This document shows, in pieces, positions 27,102 to 40,497 of a stretch of DNA of 64,000 bases (the first letter of the stretch is position 1; every line of letters begins with the position of its first letter). A model generated the notes under the pieces. The model did not search any database. It was not told the origin of the DNA and saw only the letters and a list, made by a program, of their open reading frames with translations. The stretch is from Tubiluchus corallicola (taxonomy: Eukaryota; Animalia; Priapulida): positions 186,001 to 250,000 of the forward strand of contig JAQGDQ010000337.1 in assembly GCA_030141605.1 (NCBI GenBank). The letters are read 5' to 3'. A program made the position numbers and the translations under genes.

Positions 27102-30100
27102 GGCTTATAGTACAAGACAGGAATTACCTCTAGAATTAAAAACTAGTACATTTCTGATGCACGCCTGAATATTAATAGCTAAAAATCAATAAGAAAGCAC
27201 ACAGTCCAGGTATTGATGCCACTGCCACGGGCAAACGCTAAGGCCAAAGGATGCAACTTCTTAACTTACACACTGACATTAATAAAAATTGACTAATTAA
27301 ATCATGACCAGATGTGTATGTGAAATTACCGTCCTCTAATGTGAAAGGTTACACGTACTGTTGGCATTAACAGGGCAAAGACGTTTAAGACGTAATTGTT
27401 TAATAATTAAAAAACACCCCAAAACATACAAACACTAAATTTCACAATTTACTCTGATTCTAGAATCTAGAACGACCTATTGCATTAAACATCGGCTCTT
27501 AAACCAGAGTTTGAACATGGATTCTGTATACAATTAGTTTGAATAAACTCTTGCGTCTCTTGCCCTTGGAAAATAACACTCTAGTTAGCAAATAGTGCTT
27601 TGTATGCACAAGCGCACATTAACTGTAGTCGCCATATATTACTAGTCGCTGTGAAGTCAAAGTAGGACTTTGGACTGTAGACCATAGGCACCGCCAAAGA
27701 GCTCAGTACATAATAAATAAACTGTACATATAATTCGTAGCTAGTCGAGTACTTAATTACTAAGCAGTACCTTTGTTGTATATTTAATAAGCAAAGCTAG
27801 CAAGGAGATAAAAACAAAAAGGTGGTTACAAACAAGTTAAGCACTAATTATCTTCATTAAAGCAAATTTTATTCTTGCAACATCAAAGTTGTTGGAGGAA
27901 TAAAAAATTACACATACAATATGTAACTGACTTAGCCATTGCTATGGCTTATTTGCAACCTTCTCTGTTGACCTGTAGGATAAATTGCTCGTGGAGTAAA
28001 AAATTATATTTATTTGAGGGATGCCAGGACATTACCCCGTATTAAGGCTGGTAGCTACATGTAAAACAAATTCAACTATTAGTCAAGGGACTCGCTAAGC
28101 TCAGGATAGCTGATTACAAATGATTTCGATACCATCATCTTGAATTAAAAATGGCACAGAAAAGACTAGAAATCCTACATGGTCATTCGATGCTGAATTC
28201 GTTCCAGTACAGTTCTGCGCAGTTTCATTGCAAATTAGCAGAGAGTTATGGTTTTTTCGAAAATGATGTTTTCGCCGCCATCTTGATCCCAAAATGGTAG
28301 GTCGAAAATCCGATTTCATCAGTCACTGCAGAATTCGTCCTAGTACATTCATGTGGAGTTTCAGGGTGATCCACTGCGAATTCAAATCCTTGGGCTTTTT
28401 TCAAGAAACTCCACAGCAAGATCAAAAAACGAACAACATCTGGATGGGTAGCGATTTGCGTCGAGCTTCGACTATTTATCCTTCGTTTCAGTTGGGTAAA
28501 AAATGTGTAAGAAAAAATAATAAAAATACTACAGTAACATTTGAAGTGATAAAGCTTGTAATAGTCACGCTAAATTGCTATACTGAAGATTAAATTTGCT
28601 TACAATAGATTGAATAAAGTAATCAGGTTATAAATGTAAATATAAGTGAGTATTTCACTGTCTCCTGCAGTCCTAATCAAATATTTGATATAAAATATTT
28701 ACCTATTAACGCAAAAATTATCAATAATTTAATCATGGAAGGTACGTCGGTTTATTTTATCATCATATAATAAAATCAAACGGTTTCATTATCATGTTAA
28801 TTTGCATTACACTAGCGCGGTTGCTATTCTAGACAGGAAATAAAAGTGGTATTAACCCTTACGTAAACCCCCGGCCACACCCGTCTATTAATAATACAAG
28901 AACACGGTCGATCTCTTTCACGTACTGTATTTTATAACACTTCATATAAACACAGGCTGTATTTTATAATGTATAATATTTGTTTTGTAGGCTAAAAATC
29001 CCCAACGTACACGCGAATGAGGAAATACAAGCAAGCAAGCAGAAAATTAGATAGAAAATGAGTTAATAATTAATAAGATGAATTTCACATGTAATTTTAT
29101 AGTACGGTCAATGCTTTTCAGCAGTAATATAACCGAATATAACTTCCCTGGCGTACCAATGAATATAAAACATATTATAAACCTTTCGAACTTTTCTTAT
29201 AAAAGTTACAAGTTCGCTGCCATATAAAATATACAAGACAAAAACTACAAAAATATAAAGAATTTGCAAATTGGTTTGTGTTTTTATATTTTTTGTAAAT
29301 AATAACAAGCCAAACTTTCATATTTAAAAGTAAGTTCAATTTCCAAGTACTTTCAAGTATCCTTTACTTGCATATAATCTGATTATACATAGAGCACAAT
29401 AGGCCAAAATATCATCTGATATATTACACTTGAAAATAAGATACTAGCCATCTGAGACTTGCTATGGTCCTAGTCATAAAGAGGGTCAAACTACGCATTG
29501 AATCTCAATTTTTTTTGTTTGCCTTTTACAGACTTTATCAGCTGAATCAAATTGTATGGCCCTGGGTCTTTCAAAATGGGCACTTTGACTTCTTTGTGAT
29601 CTGTTATATCACAAATCTACACAAAACGATAACTCTAAATATGTTAATACAATCAGTATCCAGTATTACAAAGCAATGATGGTTTAAACTGAGAGGCTTC
29701 AGACTAGCACTTAACTAGACTTGCTACATTATAAGTACAAATTCAACAAATTCTCAAGTTCAAATCTCTGTGATTGAAAGGAATTCAGATACATAACCAT
29801 CATACCTCAAACCAGCATTCGTTTGATTCCATTTTTCAATATTTTAATCATAATAATTTTTGAATAATTTGAAACTTTATGAAAGTGGTTACCTTTCCAG
29901 TTTGGTTGCCCAACTCATTACATTTTAGGTGACCTTTGACCTTGAACCACGTTCTTAATGTCAGCAACAACCCCACTAAAACATAGTGCCCGTCTGGCAC
30001 TATAAGTCACCCAAATTTGCTTGGCTAGTTTTAAAGATTTTGAGTTGCAAGTCTTTGCAGGCTTGTTGACTGACTGACTGACTGACAGCTAACTAACAAA

Positions 30101-30669
30101 AAGGACATCAAAAATTCACGAATGTATAAGTTATAAGAAAAGCGATAAATTTTCAGTAAATCTGAATTTAATTCCACAGTCTACTAAGAATTCTGCTTAC
30201 ATTTAAAAATATTTGGACTACGCAACTCAGAAAATTTACATTATACGACCTTCAGATTACATACATGCACATTCATAGGAAAACAGGAATGGAATAACTT
30301 GACTTCTATCAAATAAGTCGCTGCGTTCTTGGGCGATGAAATGACTGCGTGATTTATTCTACTGAACGAAAATGTATTAAACTTCTTTTAGTAAACATCG
30401 AAATTCTTTGCAATTACTTTTGAACATCTTATGGTTGCATGCAGCTGTTAATAAAAAAAGCACAGCATCAATATTAAATCACAACCTTCCTGCTTCTGAT
30501 AAAATTAGAGACTTTAAATCAACATTAACAAAGTTGCCAACATTTCCATTAAAGTTGACAAAGTTTGCTAACGAGCTGTGCTATCCTGACCCTTCTCGCA
30601 TCCCATGTTTATCAAAATGGAAAAAACTGCGTTTAAATTTAAAAAAGTAAAAGAACGATCGCACTTTAC

Positions 30670-30800
30670 CTTCTAAAAGCTTCACGTGAGCAAACACAGC
30701 AGGTACAGCATACTAAAAACACCAGCAAGAGAGAAAGAGAAAAGCTCACACAACAAGCGCAAGCGGATGAGCTGCAGTTGCAGGGAGCAGTCAGCTTTTC
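30670..30800 (-). other. Candidate non-coding first exon of mbl (5' boundary uncertain)
   Basis: Minus-strand donor TAGAAG|GTAAAG at 30670/30669. The preceding sequence is rich in YGCY and CT, and CpG-richer promoter-like sequence lies at about 30800-31150. Inferred only. Confidence 0.45.
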
Positions 30801-31130
30801 TTACTGCAGGTCTAGACGTTCTAGCAAACGTAATTTCAACCCCGCATTAAACGCCTGATCAAAATATCACGCCAAGTCTCGCCATCCTGACTGCGCAAAC
30901 TCTATAAAACGCTATACGATCGCACGCAGTCGGATTATAAAAAAAACATTATAATCACCTAGAAAGCTTACAAAGCGCTTAGAAACTTTCAGAAATCATT
31001 CAAACGCAATCGCCTGGCGCAGATTAGAACTTTTAATGTAAATGGTTATAAGAGATTGCGCAAATGTGCATAATCCTGATCTGAAAATTACAATTAAATC
31101 AGTTATAATCCGCAGCCGATGATGTGAAGA

Positions 31131-31148
31131 GTGCTGCCATCTAGCGCC
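31131..31148 (-). promoter_or_regulatory. CTCF-like site
   Basis: Minus strand GGCGCTAGATGGCAGCAC versus the consensus CCASYAGRKGGCRS. Confidence 0.6.
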
Positions 31149-31811
31149 GTTAATCAGTCAATGGTGGAATGAACATAACAATAATTAACGCAAAACCGGA
31201 CCCAATCTTAAACTGTAGGTCAAATCAATCTACTCTTAAATATATTGACAGGAAATATACTATTGTTTCAAAATGACTTACGTTAAAGAATTATTACCAC
31301 ACAAACACAATTTCGCATTCACGCCACTAGTTCTTTGCTGTTACATGCATTTCACCATTTCCTGGTTAAATGGGCACTAGCGCCGACATTTCGGAAATGT
31401 ATTGCACAAAAAACAGGTGTTGTACCTCTCAGTTCAGATGTGTTAGTTTGCGACAAACTACACACGTTCGTAAATTTGAAATTATTTTTGCTATTACAAA
31501 TTGTGTTAGTTTGTGATGTCATCAATAGTTAGGTTATTGACCAAGTTTTCGGTCTCTTATTTGCTTATCAGAAAAGCTTTTGCAGTATTATCTGTCTTAA
31601 AATGTATACCTTTTGTCGGACTTGAAAATGAGGTAGTATGTGAAAAATCATCCTGTCTTCCTTTACATTTTTTAAACTAAACATGCCAGATCAAACCAAG
31701 AACATAAATGTGAAAAAAAATCAGGATTAAGCCTCAAAATGAACCAAGAAACTTCGAATTACAAGTCTAATGTAACAAACACTAGACCGCACGATAAACA
31801 GTCAGATGATC

Positions 31812-31880
31812 TACTGGGACTAGTGGTTATAGTACTGAACCTGTAATCTAAAGAATCCCTGGTTCAAAACCAGACTCAAC
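31812..31880 (+). mobile_element. tRNA-derived SINE head or tRNA pseudogene
   Basis: A-box-like CTAGTGGTTA and B-box GGTTCAAAACC; stems too weak for a functional tRNA. Confidence 0.55.
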
Positions 31881-32571
31881 ACAACTTTTCAAAATTTCTT
31901 TCCGTGTTGTCAAGTTTAATTATCTGGTACCATTTTTTTGCAGAAGACTAAGCAAGTTATGGAAGTTGATTTTCTACATAGGAATTACAATACTTTTATT
32001 ACACCCTTTATACATCCTTTCATTTATATGTAACTGTGTTGCAAAATTCATACGAATAAAAGCTCTGCCATATCTCACATAATTAAAATAGTGTTCATGC
32101 TTTACTGACCATACATAAATATATCATAATATGTATTGGTATTTTGCTTTCTTGCAGCAATATGTTAGCAACAATGCCAAAACAGCTGAAAAACTAATTA
32201 ATCTCTAAACCTTCTTCTCTGTGCAGCACCTGCTTTCATTTAGGTTTCGTGCTTGAGAAAGAAACGTCATTCAGTTCCACACACAGAACACATTCTTGTG
32301 GGGTTTTTTTTGTATTGTCATTAAATGTACGTGAAAGAACTCTATTTCTTGCATTAGATTCATATTCAGATATTAATTGGCTTAACTGGTTTAGTTTATC
32401 AAAGCCATGCACACCAAAAAAAACAAGCAAAAAGAAAACATTTATTTACCATCGCTCGTTTAACAGACAACATTAGCACTAACGGCTATTTAGCGACTTA
32501 AACTTACAACGAAACACGACAGGTAAGGACGCAATGCACAAATAACATGTAGGTATACGTACTGATGTTGG

Positions 32572-32636
32572 CTGCCACCAGTTTCGAACTCCAGACTGTG
32601 TGGTTGCAGTCCGAAATCTAAACCACTCGGCCACGC
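32572..32636 (-). mobile_element. tRNA-derived SINE head
   Basis: Minus strand gcgTGGCCGAGTGGtttagatttcggactgcaaccacacagtctggaGTTCGAAACtgg has A and B boxes but a broken anticodon stem. Confidence 0.65.
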
Positions 32637-32916
32637 AATCCAGGACAATCAACCAATTATTGACAGTGCAAGTAACTAAGTTGGTTACACGGTATAATAC
32701 ATTAACATCACAAACGTGTGAGCAAAAACTATTCTTCTGATCGCATAGAAATATATTTCATAAACATTCATTAATCCAAGTGTGCATGTGAACTGATAAA
32801 CTTGTACAACGTTGATAGTAAATATACCCAGGTAATAACTTAACATATCAGTTTTCACGTTTGACTTAGTTTCTCTTGTGAGTTTTTTGACATCAATATG
32901 AGATATTTTGCTATTA

Positions 32917-33556
32917 CAGTGTTGCCACACTTATCACGGGTGTTCCGTTCCAAGCCCACCCGCGATAAGTGAATTTCCGCAAAGTAGGGACGCTATACTT
33001 ATTTTAGTAGTTATACATTATTTTAAGTCTTTATAAACCCTCCCCACACTCTTATACATAACCATTTCCCATTCTCTTAATAACTTTTCCCATACTGTAC
33101 ATGTACCTTTTGAAAAACTGGGATACAGAGCAGCATTCTCTGGTTGGTCGCTTTCCATCAATCAGCCAATGTGTTGTGTACAATCTCACATTGGCAAGTA
33201 CATCTCAAGCAGGCGTAAGTGCTACATTTTGTTTTTTGTGTGTATTCATTCGCCGAATAAATACACTATTTACTGTAAATGGTAATTTTTTATGATTTTT
33301 AATATTCTTTTAATGTTGGAATTTATATTTTTAATATATTTTTACACATTTTGTGATTTTTTATGCAAAATTCATCAAATCTAAACATTACTATACAATA
33401 TGTACTACACATCTCCAAAAATACTTTAGATGGAGTACCGCAAAAACCCGCGAAACAGCGAAAATACAGCGATAAATATTTTACATTAATATTTTTGAAA
33501 ACACGCGAAACAGCGAGTCCACGATAAACGAACCGCGAAGTAACGAGGGAACACTG
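32917..33556. mobile_element. Tc1/mariner-pogo (Tigger-like) MITE
   Basis: TA|CAGTGTTGCC...GGGAACACTG|TA: TIRs with TA target duplication and subterminal ccgcga motifs. Confidence 0.85.
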
Positions 33557-33595
33557 TATTAGATATGCCTGTTTGGTGTGAAGGAAAACTCTCTA

Positions 33596-34221
33596 CAGTG
33601 GTGTAGCAAGTGCTTGTGGTGCCGGGGTCAAAAAAACTTCTGGTGCCCTACCCTATTAATGTTTTCATCATTTGTTTCGTGGGTGAAGCCACAAACGGTG
33701 CGCATTTTTTGCGTCCATGTACCCGACTTTACTTTTTCGACAGGAAAGGATGAAGAGAAAGATTTTTTCTAAGAATCAACCAAGTTTGATTTGGCAACTG
33801 CACCAAAATAACTCTTTTACGCGTAACACCACAGTCCTTAAGCATTAACCTCCAGCATTAAAACTTACAAATATTATGAAAGATACAGAACACTAGAGAT
33901 TTTCACAATAATACAATCTGCATTTAGAGAAATTCGCCACTGCTTCTCCCCAAATTATCAATTTGCTAAGCCAAACGAAACCCTACACACGTTAAGTAAC
34001 AACATTAGCCGTTTATGTAGTCTGTATGTAGTAATTAATTAATTAAGCTACAATGATCTCTGACTAAGCATTTTTGTTGTAGTTTGAAAACTTTTGTTAA
34101 TTGCTTTGTTAATGTCGGATTAGTAATTAACAGTCACTGAACTCTAGAAGAATTTTGCACCCTCTCACTCTTGCACCCGGGGGCTATTGCTTCTTGTCGC
34201 CCCCACCTGGCTGCGACTCTG
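33596..34221. mobile_element. hAT-type MITE
   Basis: Ends CAGTGGTGTAGC...GCTGCGACTCTG; 8-bp TSD ACTCTCTA/ATTCTCTA (7/8). Confidence 0.75.
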
Positions 34222-37200
34222 ATTCTCTACATTACACATTCATTTTTGTATTCCTATCAAGATAACACCTGCCTTTCTTATTATTCTCCCCGTCTTGCTG
34301 TCTCCACTTTCCAATCATTCTAGGAAGTGGGAATATCGCATAATGTATATTAAGTGCAATAACACCCTGATTAGCAAAACACAGACTCTTTGTCTAATGG
34401 GTGGTAACGCAGTCAATTTTATGTAACTTTGTTAAAATACAGTGCACCTTACTGGGGCACAGAATTTAATTTAAACATGAAATCATGAAATAATAACACA
34501 GAGATAATTCTTGATAGCAAGAATAAATGCAGTCAATAAAAAATCCTACAACACTGCGGGATTTTTATTAAATGAAACCATAATTGAAGCCACTCAAGGT
34601 AGTTATTGCCATATGAAGTGCTAAATTGACTAGTTCAGTCTTCCATCAATTATCTGCAATTGCCAAAAACAGAGTAAAAAGACATTCTTGGCATTTATTT
34701 TGGTGTCTCCAACTAGACGAGCATAAAGTATGGCAATGTTTGGTGTGATGGTTACTTCTTTTGCAAAACTGACACTGACTAATGTTTTTAGAATCTTATA
34801 TCATATAATAGCCTTTAATTTTACCTTCTAATTCTCATTTTTACTTTTCAATTCATTTTATTTTATCACTCAAAACAAAATCTTCAATGATGCTGCCATC
34901 CTAGCCAATATTTCTGTTTAGACTCAATTTCATTTTAATTTGCTGTCCAAAATATACGATTTCTTGCCTATAAAAGTTAACAATTGTTCCTTATATTTGA
35001 ATAATTAGCTTAGAAAGTTAATTGCTATTGCTTATGTCAGAAACTAACCACAGGTTGTGGAATAGCAGGTGTCTTCCCTTGCACGTCAAGCACATTTGCA
35101 TAGGTGTTACAGTACTGTTTAAATGCATGATGTCACGAAAAATGGGGTCTATGTCATATGACGTCATGAAACTAACACAGCAGTTCATGATCATGGTTAA
35201 TCCGGTACCGCCTTCTATTTGTCGGCGCCGCGCACGTGACAAAAAGACACCATTGCCAGTCTTAGTAGATTCACTGAGCCGCGTGTAGCTTTGAAAGTTT
35301 AACGAAATTTGAGTATCCGAGGTAATTATTATTTAATCTAAGCTTTGATTTAAAATAAGCTATTGTAGTTTTCAATATTTTACAGCATTCTTTATTCTGA
35401 ACTCGTGTTTACACAATCGTCAGTGATTTCCTTTAAGGTAAATGTAAGCCTTGTCTAACGGATAAATGCTGGTATTATTTATATTATCTATATTATAATT
35501 AGAATAGCCATATTCAAAAAAGACTTGTTTCATGCTTTGTGTTTACCTAGTTACAGTATATGTAAATATTCAATTAGCCCAAGTTCAGAACTGAAGAACT
35601 ACAAATTACACTAGCATACTACACTCGTCGCACAGTAAGTACACCACAAAATAAAACTTACCTCAAACAGAAATGCAAATTCAATTACTATTTTTAGATC
35701 ATGCATCATTATATAGGCTGGGGTAGGCTCCTGCATACTTCACTGCAAAACACAGAAAATATCTTTTGAAAACCTAGAGTCAGAGCTAAATTCAGATACA
35801 TTCATAATCCTACAATCTGCACCACTGACACTTTGATCATCTAATCCCAATGACACATTCTACATTAACATTACTAAAAGTAATAAATTCATTTCAATTA
35901 TAAAATAATCAATATTATATTTATTTTGAGCAATCTCACAGAATTACTATTCTCACATATATAACTTATTGATTTTATTAATTGCATCACTTAACACTGT
36001 TTTACACTTGTTTGTTGCTTTACTCATTTTCGCTTTTTAACTTGCCAACTGAAAATAAAATAGAATTTTCGATTTCTACTCTCGAACAAATGTGAGAGAC
36101 TGTTGACTTTTTTCAACTGCTTCAACACTTCGTGTGAGACTATTCAAACTGCATCTTTACACGCATCATATTCACACCAAGAAACTATTCAAACCCTACG
36201 CAAGAACTACCTGTTCGCAGTGTTTCCTTAAAACTGCACGCAAAGAGAAAAATTTCGCGTGCACTAAGCGCAGATAAGCATCAAAACATTACCACTCAAC
36301 TCATTTATAAAGTAATGTAAAAGTAACGCCTTTGTGAAAATGCCAAACGGACAAACGTTTGTCATCATTATAGCACAGCAGAAGTACATTAATGTCTGTA
36401 GCCCAGTTAAACTATGATGTGCTGTACCCATATTCTTTTAATGTGTGCTTTAGAGGCTGGCCAGTTAATTGCAGGCTAACAAATACCAGACCTGGTTAAG
36501 TTGTGTGAACAATAGCTGCTGTACTTTTAACACTATATCAGAGTCGTCTACTAAGAGACGGTGTGCGGTTGCAGATTTTAAATTAGTTTGACGAGCAGTA
36601 ACTATTAACACACAATAAAATGATTATAAAAATGGATTCACAGAATATAAATTGAGTAACACATATGACTGCAAGTAGTACAATTACACACTTGCATTGT
36701 TTTTTCAACTTGCTCATAGATGGCAGACAAAAAATTGCCCAGTCATCATGGTAATGCCAATTTTAGCAATGCCTCATTTCGGTAGTGTGATGTTAGAAGC
36801 TACAGCAGGACAATAAATATAGCAGCTGCGTGTTAACCATGGTAACCTACTGTTCCAGCTAAGCTGTGACTTGCGGCTGCATGAAATTTTACACAATTTC
36901 TTTACAAATATCATTAGCGCACAAAAAGTTTGTCCAGCATTTGTATAAATAACACATTCCAATTGGACAGTTCATTAGCTATTCGAGGATACTGGCTGTT
37001 TTTGTTTAAGTAGGCAAATAATTTAACAACTTGAGAAAAATCAGCCAGTACCCCATGTAAAATGCTTCATTTACTGAACAAAACACCATAAAACACTAGG
37101 TAAATTTACTGAAAACGCACAAAGCCCAAAACTGATCATTACAAAAAACCGCTCCTAATAGAACTGTTGGCTGTTTTTATCTGCAAATACTCATTGTAAC

Positions 37201-37399
37201 AAAATTAACAAATATTGTGTAAAAAGTGAAATTTCTCAATGGCCAGCAAGTTAATCAGGCACAACAATGAAATTTGCAATTGCATTATTTGCAGTCGCAT
37301 GATATATCAGTTTACAAAGGCACACACCACGTTAGGTCACCTGCCCAGCAATGGAAGATTGGCTAGGTACGGAATGCCTCGTACAGGGAACATGATTGA

Positions 37400-37745
37400 C
37401 ACAGGATGTTGTTTTTTCATTATGTGGAACAGTTTACCAGAAAGTGTTGCCAGTGCACCAAATGTAAACCTTTTAAGGAAACACTGAGGGCTTCAAAATA
37501 GCTACGCTTCAGGAAGTCAACATTTGTATGAAACATTATGAAAGTTTGTTCCGACCGAGACACACTTTTTCCAAGTGCCGCAGAGTTCTTCATGGTCATG
37601 AGTCAAAGTTATTTGTGCAACCAGCTAGAACCAACATCAGAACTCACTTCTTTGTGCATTGTGCAGTTCAGGCATGGAATCGTTTTCCATCACTAACCAT
37701 TAGTGCTTCATCAGTTGACAGTTTCAAAACCATTCTTACCTTTCA
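37400..37745 (+). mobile_element. CR1-group LINE ORF2 C-terminal remnants
   Basis: GHESKL...RTHFFVHCAVQAWNRFP...S.SVDSFK and WNSLPESVASA match the RGH..KL...FF..R....WN.LP..V....S...FK motif. Confidence 0.8.
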
Positions 37746-38149
37746 AAGTCATAGGGACCTAGAGTTGAACACAGTTACGGTCCCTTTTCAACACGATTTA
37801 AAACTATTGACAGATGGTGATTGAATGGTTGCCATTGGTAACTTGTACCAAGGGTTGATGACTCGGGAGGCAATAAAGTGTGATGGAATATTGGTTCGTG
37901 AAAAAGGAACAGATGGTTTGGAGAGATGTCCATGGAGGACATGAAAAAAATAATCCTCCTGGAGCATAAATGTTCCATTGATTATCTTATAACAGTTGAT
38001 GAGGTCAACGATTGTTCCAGAGTTGATATCGTAGAAAGGTCAGCATCTTCAGCTAGTCTATGTTTATTTATTTCCTAAGTTAGACTAGCTGAAGATGCTG
38101 ACCTTTCTAGGATGTCTAACACATAGGCCTTATGTTCTTTCCAAAGATG

Positions 38150-38400
38150 CTTTAAGAGTGGAGTACTGTGGTGACCAGAATACTGAAGCATACATAAGGA
38201 TTCGGCGTACAGCAGCTTTGTAAAGTGGGATTACAGACCTTTGTAACGTTTGATCATGTCTATGCGTTGATTCGCTTGCGAAATGACATTAAGATATGAA
38301 CGGCATTTGAGAAGCACTCAACATCCAGTTGCATTTGGGTGCGTTTCTTTGGATGAGGTAGTCATACAAACAACTTGGATTAAGTTGCAATTAAACTTGG
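38150..38400 (-). mobile_element. CR1-group LINE remnant in the opposite orientation
   Basis: Minus strand IPLYKAAVRRILMYASVFWSP matches LYKxLVRPxLEYAxxxWSP. Confidence 0.75.
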
Positions 38401-38814
38401 AGCAATCTTAAAAAATAGCCTAAAAGCTAAATAATTAAAAAAAGCTAGCCAAACTTCTAATGATATAATGGTGACTCGAAAATTAATGCTATTAAAATCA
38501 TATTAGTTTTTGTTACCATTTTAATCACAATTTTTCGTAAAACATCAGATATTACTAGTTGTTTTACAGATTTTGCACAAGCGCTAACCTAGGTTAGGAA
38601 ATACCGTAAACCTTTTAAGATTATAAAAAAATAGCAAATAAGTTGTGGTCCTGTCACTCCATAGATATAAACAAAATACCATTCTAGTGATTTAACGAGT
38701 GTCTAATTAAATAGTTTATAGCCGATTCATGTAGCAATATAATCAAAATGTAACCTAATTTTATGTGTAAAATTTCATTATTATTTAAAAGATTGACTCA
38801 CTGAAGATAAATAA

Positions 38815-39220
38815 AAAAGTTATCCATCAAAGATCTTGGCATCACAATAATGAATAACTTAAAGTGGAATGCTCACATAAGCAATATCATTTCAAAAGTA
38901 AATCAATTTATCAGTATGATTAAACGTTGTGTCATATACAGGAACATCTCTATGATCGTGCCACTGTACAGTGTAGAAAGCTGATATCACAAGGTGCTCT
39001 TAAAGTATCACTGAAAAAAAGATAAATTCCACTGTTACAAGGTAGTCAATGGATTTATCCTCCAATGATTAATTCTCTTTGTGTTCCCTAGCTCCAACTG
39101 TGGACATCACTCCAAACTATTTGTTCCTTCTTGACAAACATGTTATTAGACAGCACTTTCTGTCTCTCGTGTCGTCAACAAATTGCCAATGACAATCATT
39201 GATACACCATCCTATCACCA
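38815..39220 (+). mobile_element. CR1-group LINE RT remnant
   Basis: IKDLGITIMNNLKWNAHISNIISKVNQFISMIKRC matches KDLG....L.W..H...I..KA....G.IKR. Confidence 0.8.
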
Positions 39221-40357
39221 AACACACCATGACTAGTAAGATATCTACTTGTCTTCTATTAATAGCCAATAGTTTGATGGGTAAACTTATCCTCAGGCAT
39301 AGAAATGTCAAACATCAGTAGCATTTAATGTATGACCTCAGGCAACTATACTGCAATAGATTTGCCATTTCTTTATTTTTCACATGTAATGTCACAAACT
39401 TAAGCTTCTTTTGTTAGTGCCTAAAAATGAAATTGTTCATTCTCTTTATGTCCTAAACATGTAGATAATCATTTCTATAGTATTAATATGTTCTTGTTTT
39501 AATTGTAACTCATAATAGCTTTTGTACTGGTTTCTGGAGTTTATGCATTTTTCATGCATCTCTTCACAAGCTTGCTTAGCAGCATCAAGTTGTGCAATTG
39601 TTTGCTGTAATTATGATTGGTTAATTCAGTCAAACGTGAGATAAAAACCCCGTATCCTGTTTTAATAAAGCAACAGATTGAGACAAAATAGCTGTTTCTT
39701 TCAACAAGTCATCACGTTCTTTGTTCAAGGCATGAAATGTCGCAGGACTTGAAAGATCAAGAATAACCTTAAGAATAAAATTAACTGAGAAAACTCAGAA
39801 TAAGTGATCATGACCTAGAAATTGAAAAAGGCAACTGGGAATCGACAAGAAAATGAACGACTCTGTTTCTTCTGTATCATTACAGTAGAGATAAACACGA
39901 AAAACCTAATAGAGGATGAACAGCACTTTGTATTTGAAGATTTTCATAATTTTTTGTTTTCTAAAATGGCTCGGTCTTTTCTATAGTATGGCAATTTAAC
40001 TCTAATAATAAGCCTGACATTAACAATTTTGGCAGCTTCATCAATAAATGCAACTCTGTAGATCGAACAAAACTCTGCATACTACATATCGACAGTAATG
40101 AGGAATTCGGGATGGACATGTTATGTGTAATTATTTTGTGCAATGTAAATACTGGCTTTTCGTGTTATTAGGATTAGTTAATTATTAATTAAAGTTTTTT
40201 GCATGTATACATGTGTTAAATTATCGAAGCGCTGTGTGTAATGGTTGCTATAGTTATTACTATTAATCATAACTCATTTTGCCAATGTATGTATACTCTT
40301 TTCATATTTGAACAATTAAATTGAATTGAACTAAAATTTACCCACGTTTCCATGTTT

Positions 40358-40497
40358 GTCACTAGATGGGGCCAACGCCACACCATCTATAGTACCATGG
40401 CAGCTCCCGTGGTAGCGCTTCGTTTAATTTTGCAACAACATTATTAATTGGCAAGCCTCTATCAAGGATTTCTAAAAATAAATTAGTGAGTGTAAGT
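40358..40497 (+). promoter_or_regulatory. Probable NOA1 promoter and first (UTR) exon
   Basis: CTCF-like TCACTAGATGGGG, YY1/start-like CCATGGCAGCTCCC at 40395-40408, donors GTGAGT (40486) and GTAAGT (40492), downstream acceptors at 41275 and 41332. Confidence 0.55.

Noticed and set aside
27930-30130. Probable non-autonomous DNA or Helitron-like elements (gacctttgacc motif, (TGAC)n tract)
   Set aside because: Looks repetitive, but boundaries and family cannot be supported without a repeat-library search.
31812-32636. Functional tRNA genes
   Set aside because: A and B boxes are present but acceptor and anticodon stems do not pair; better explained as SINE heads.
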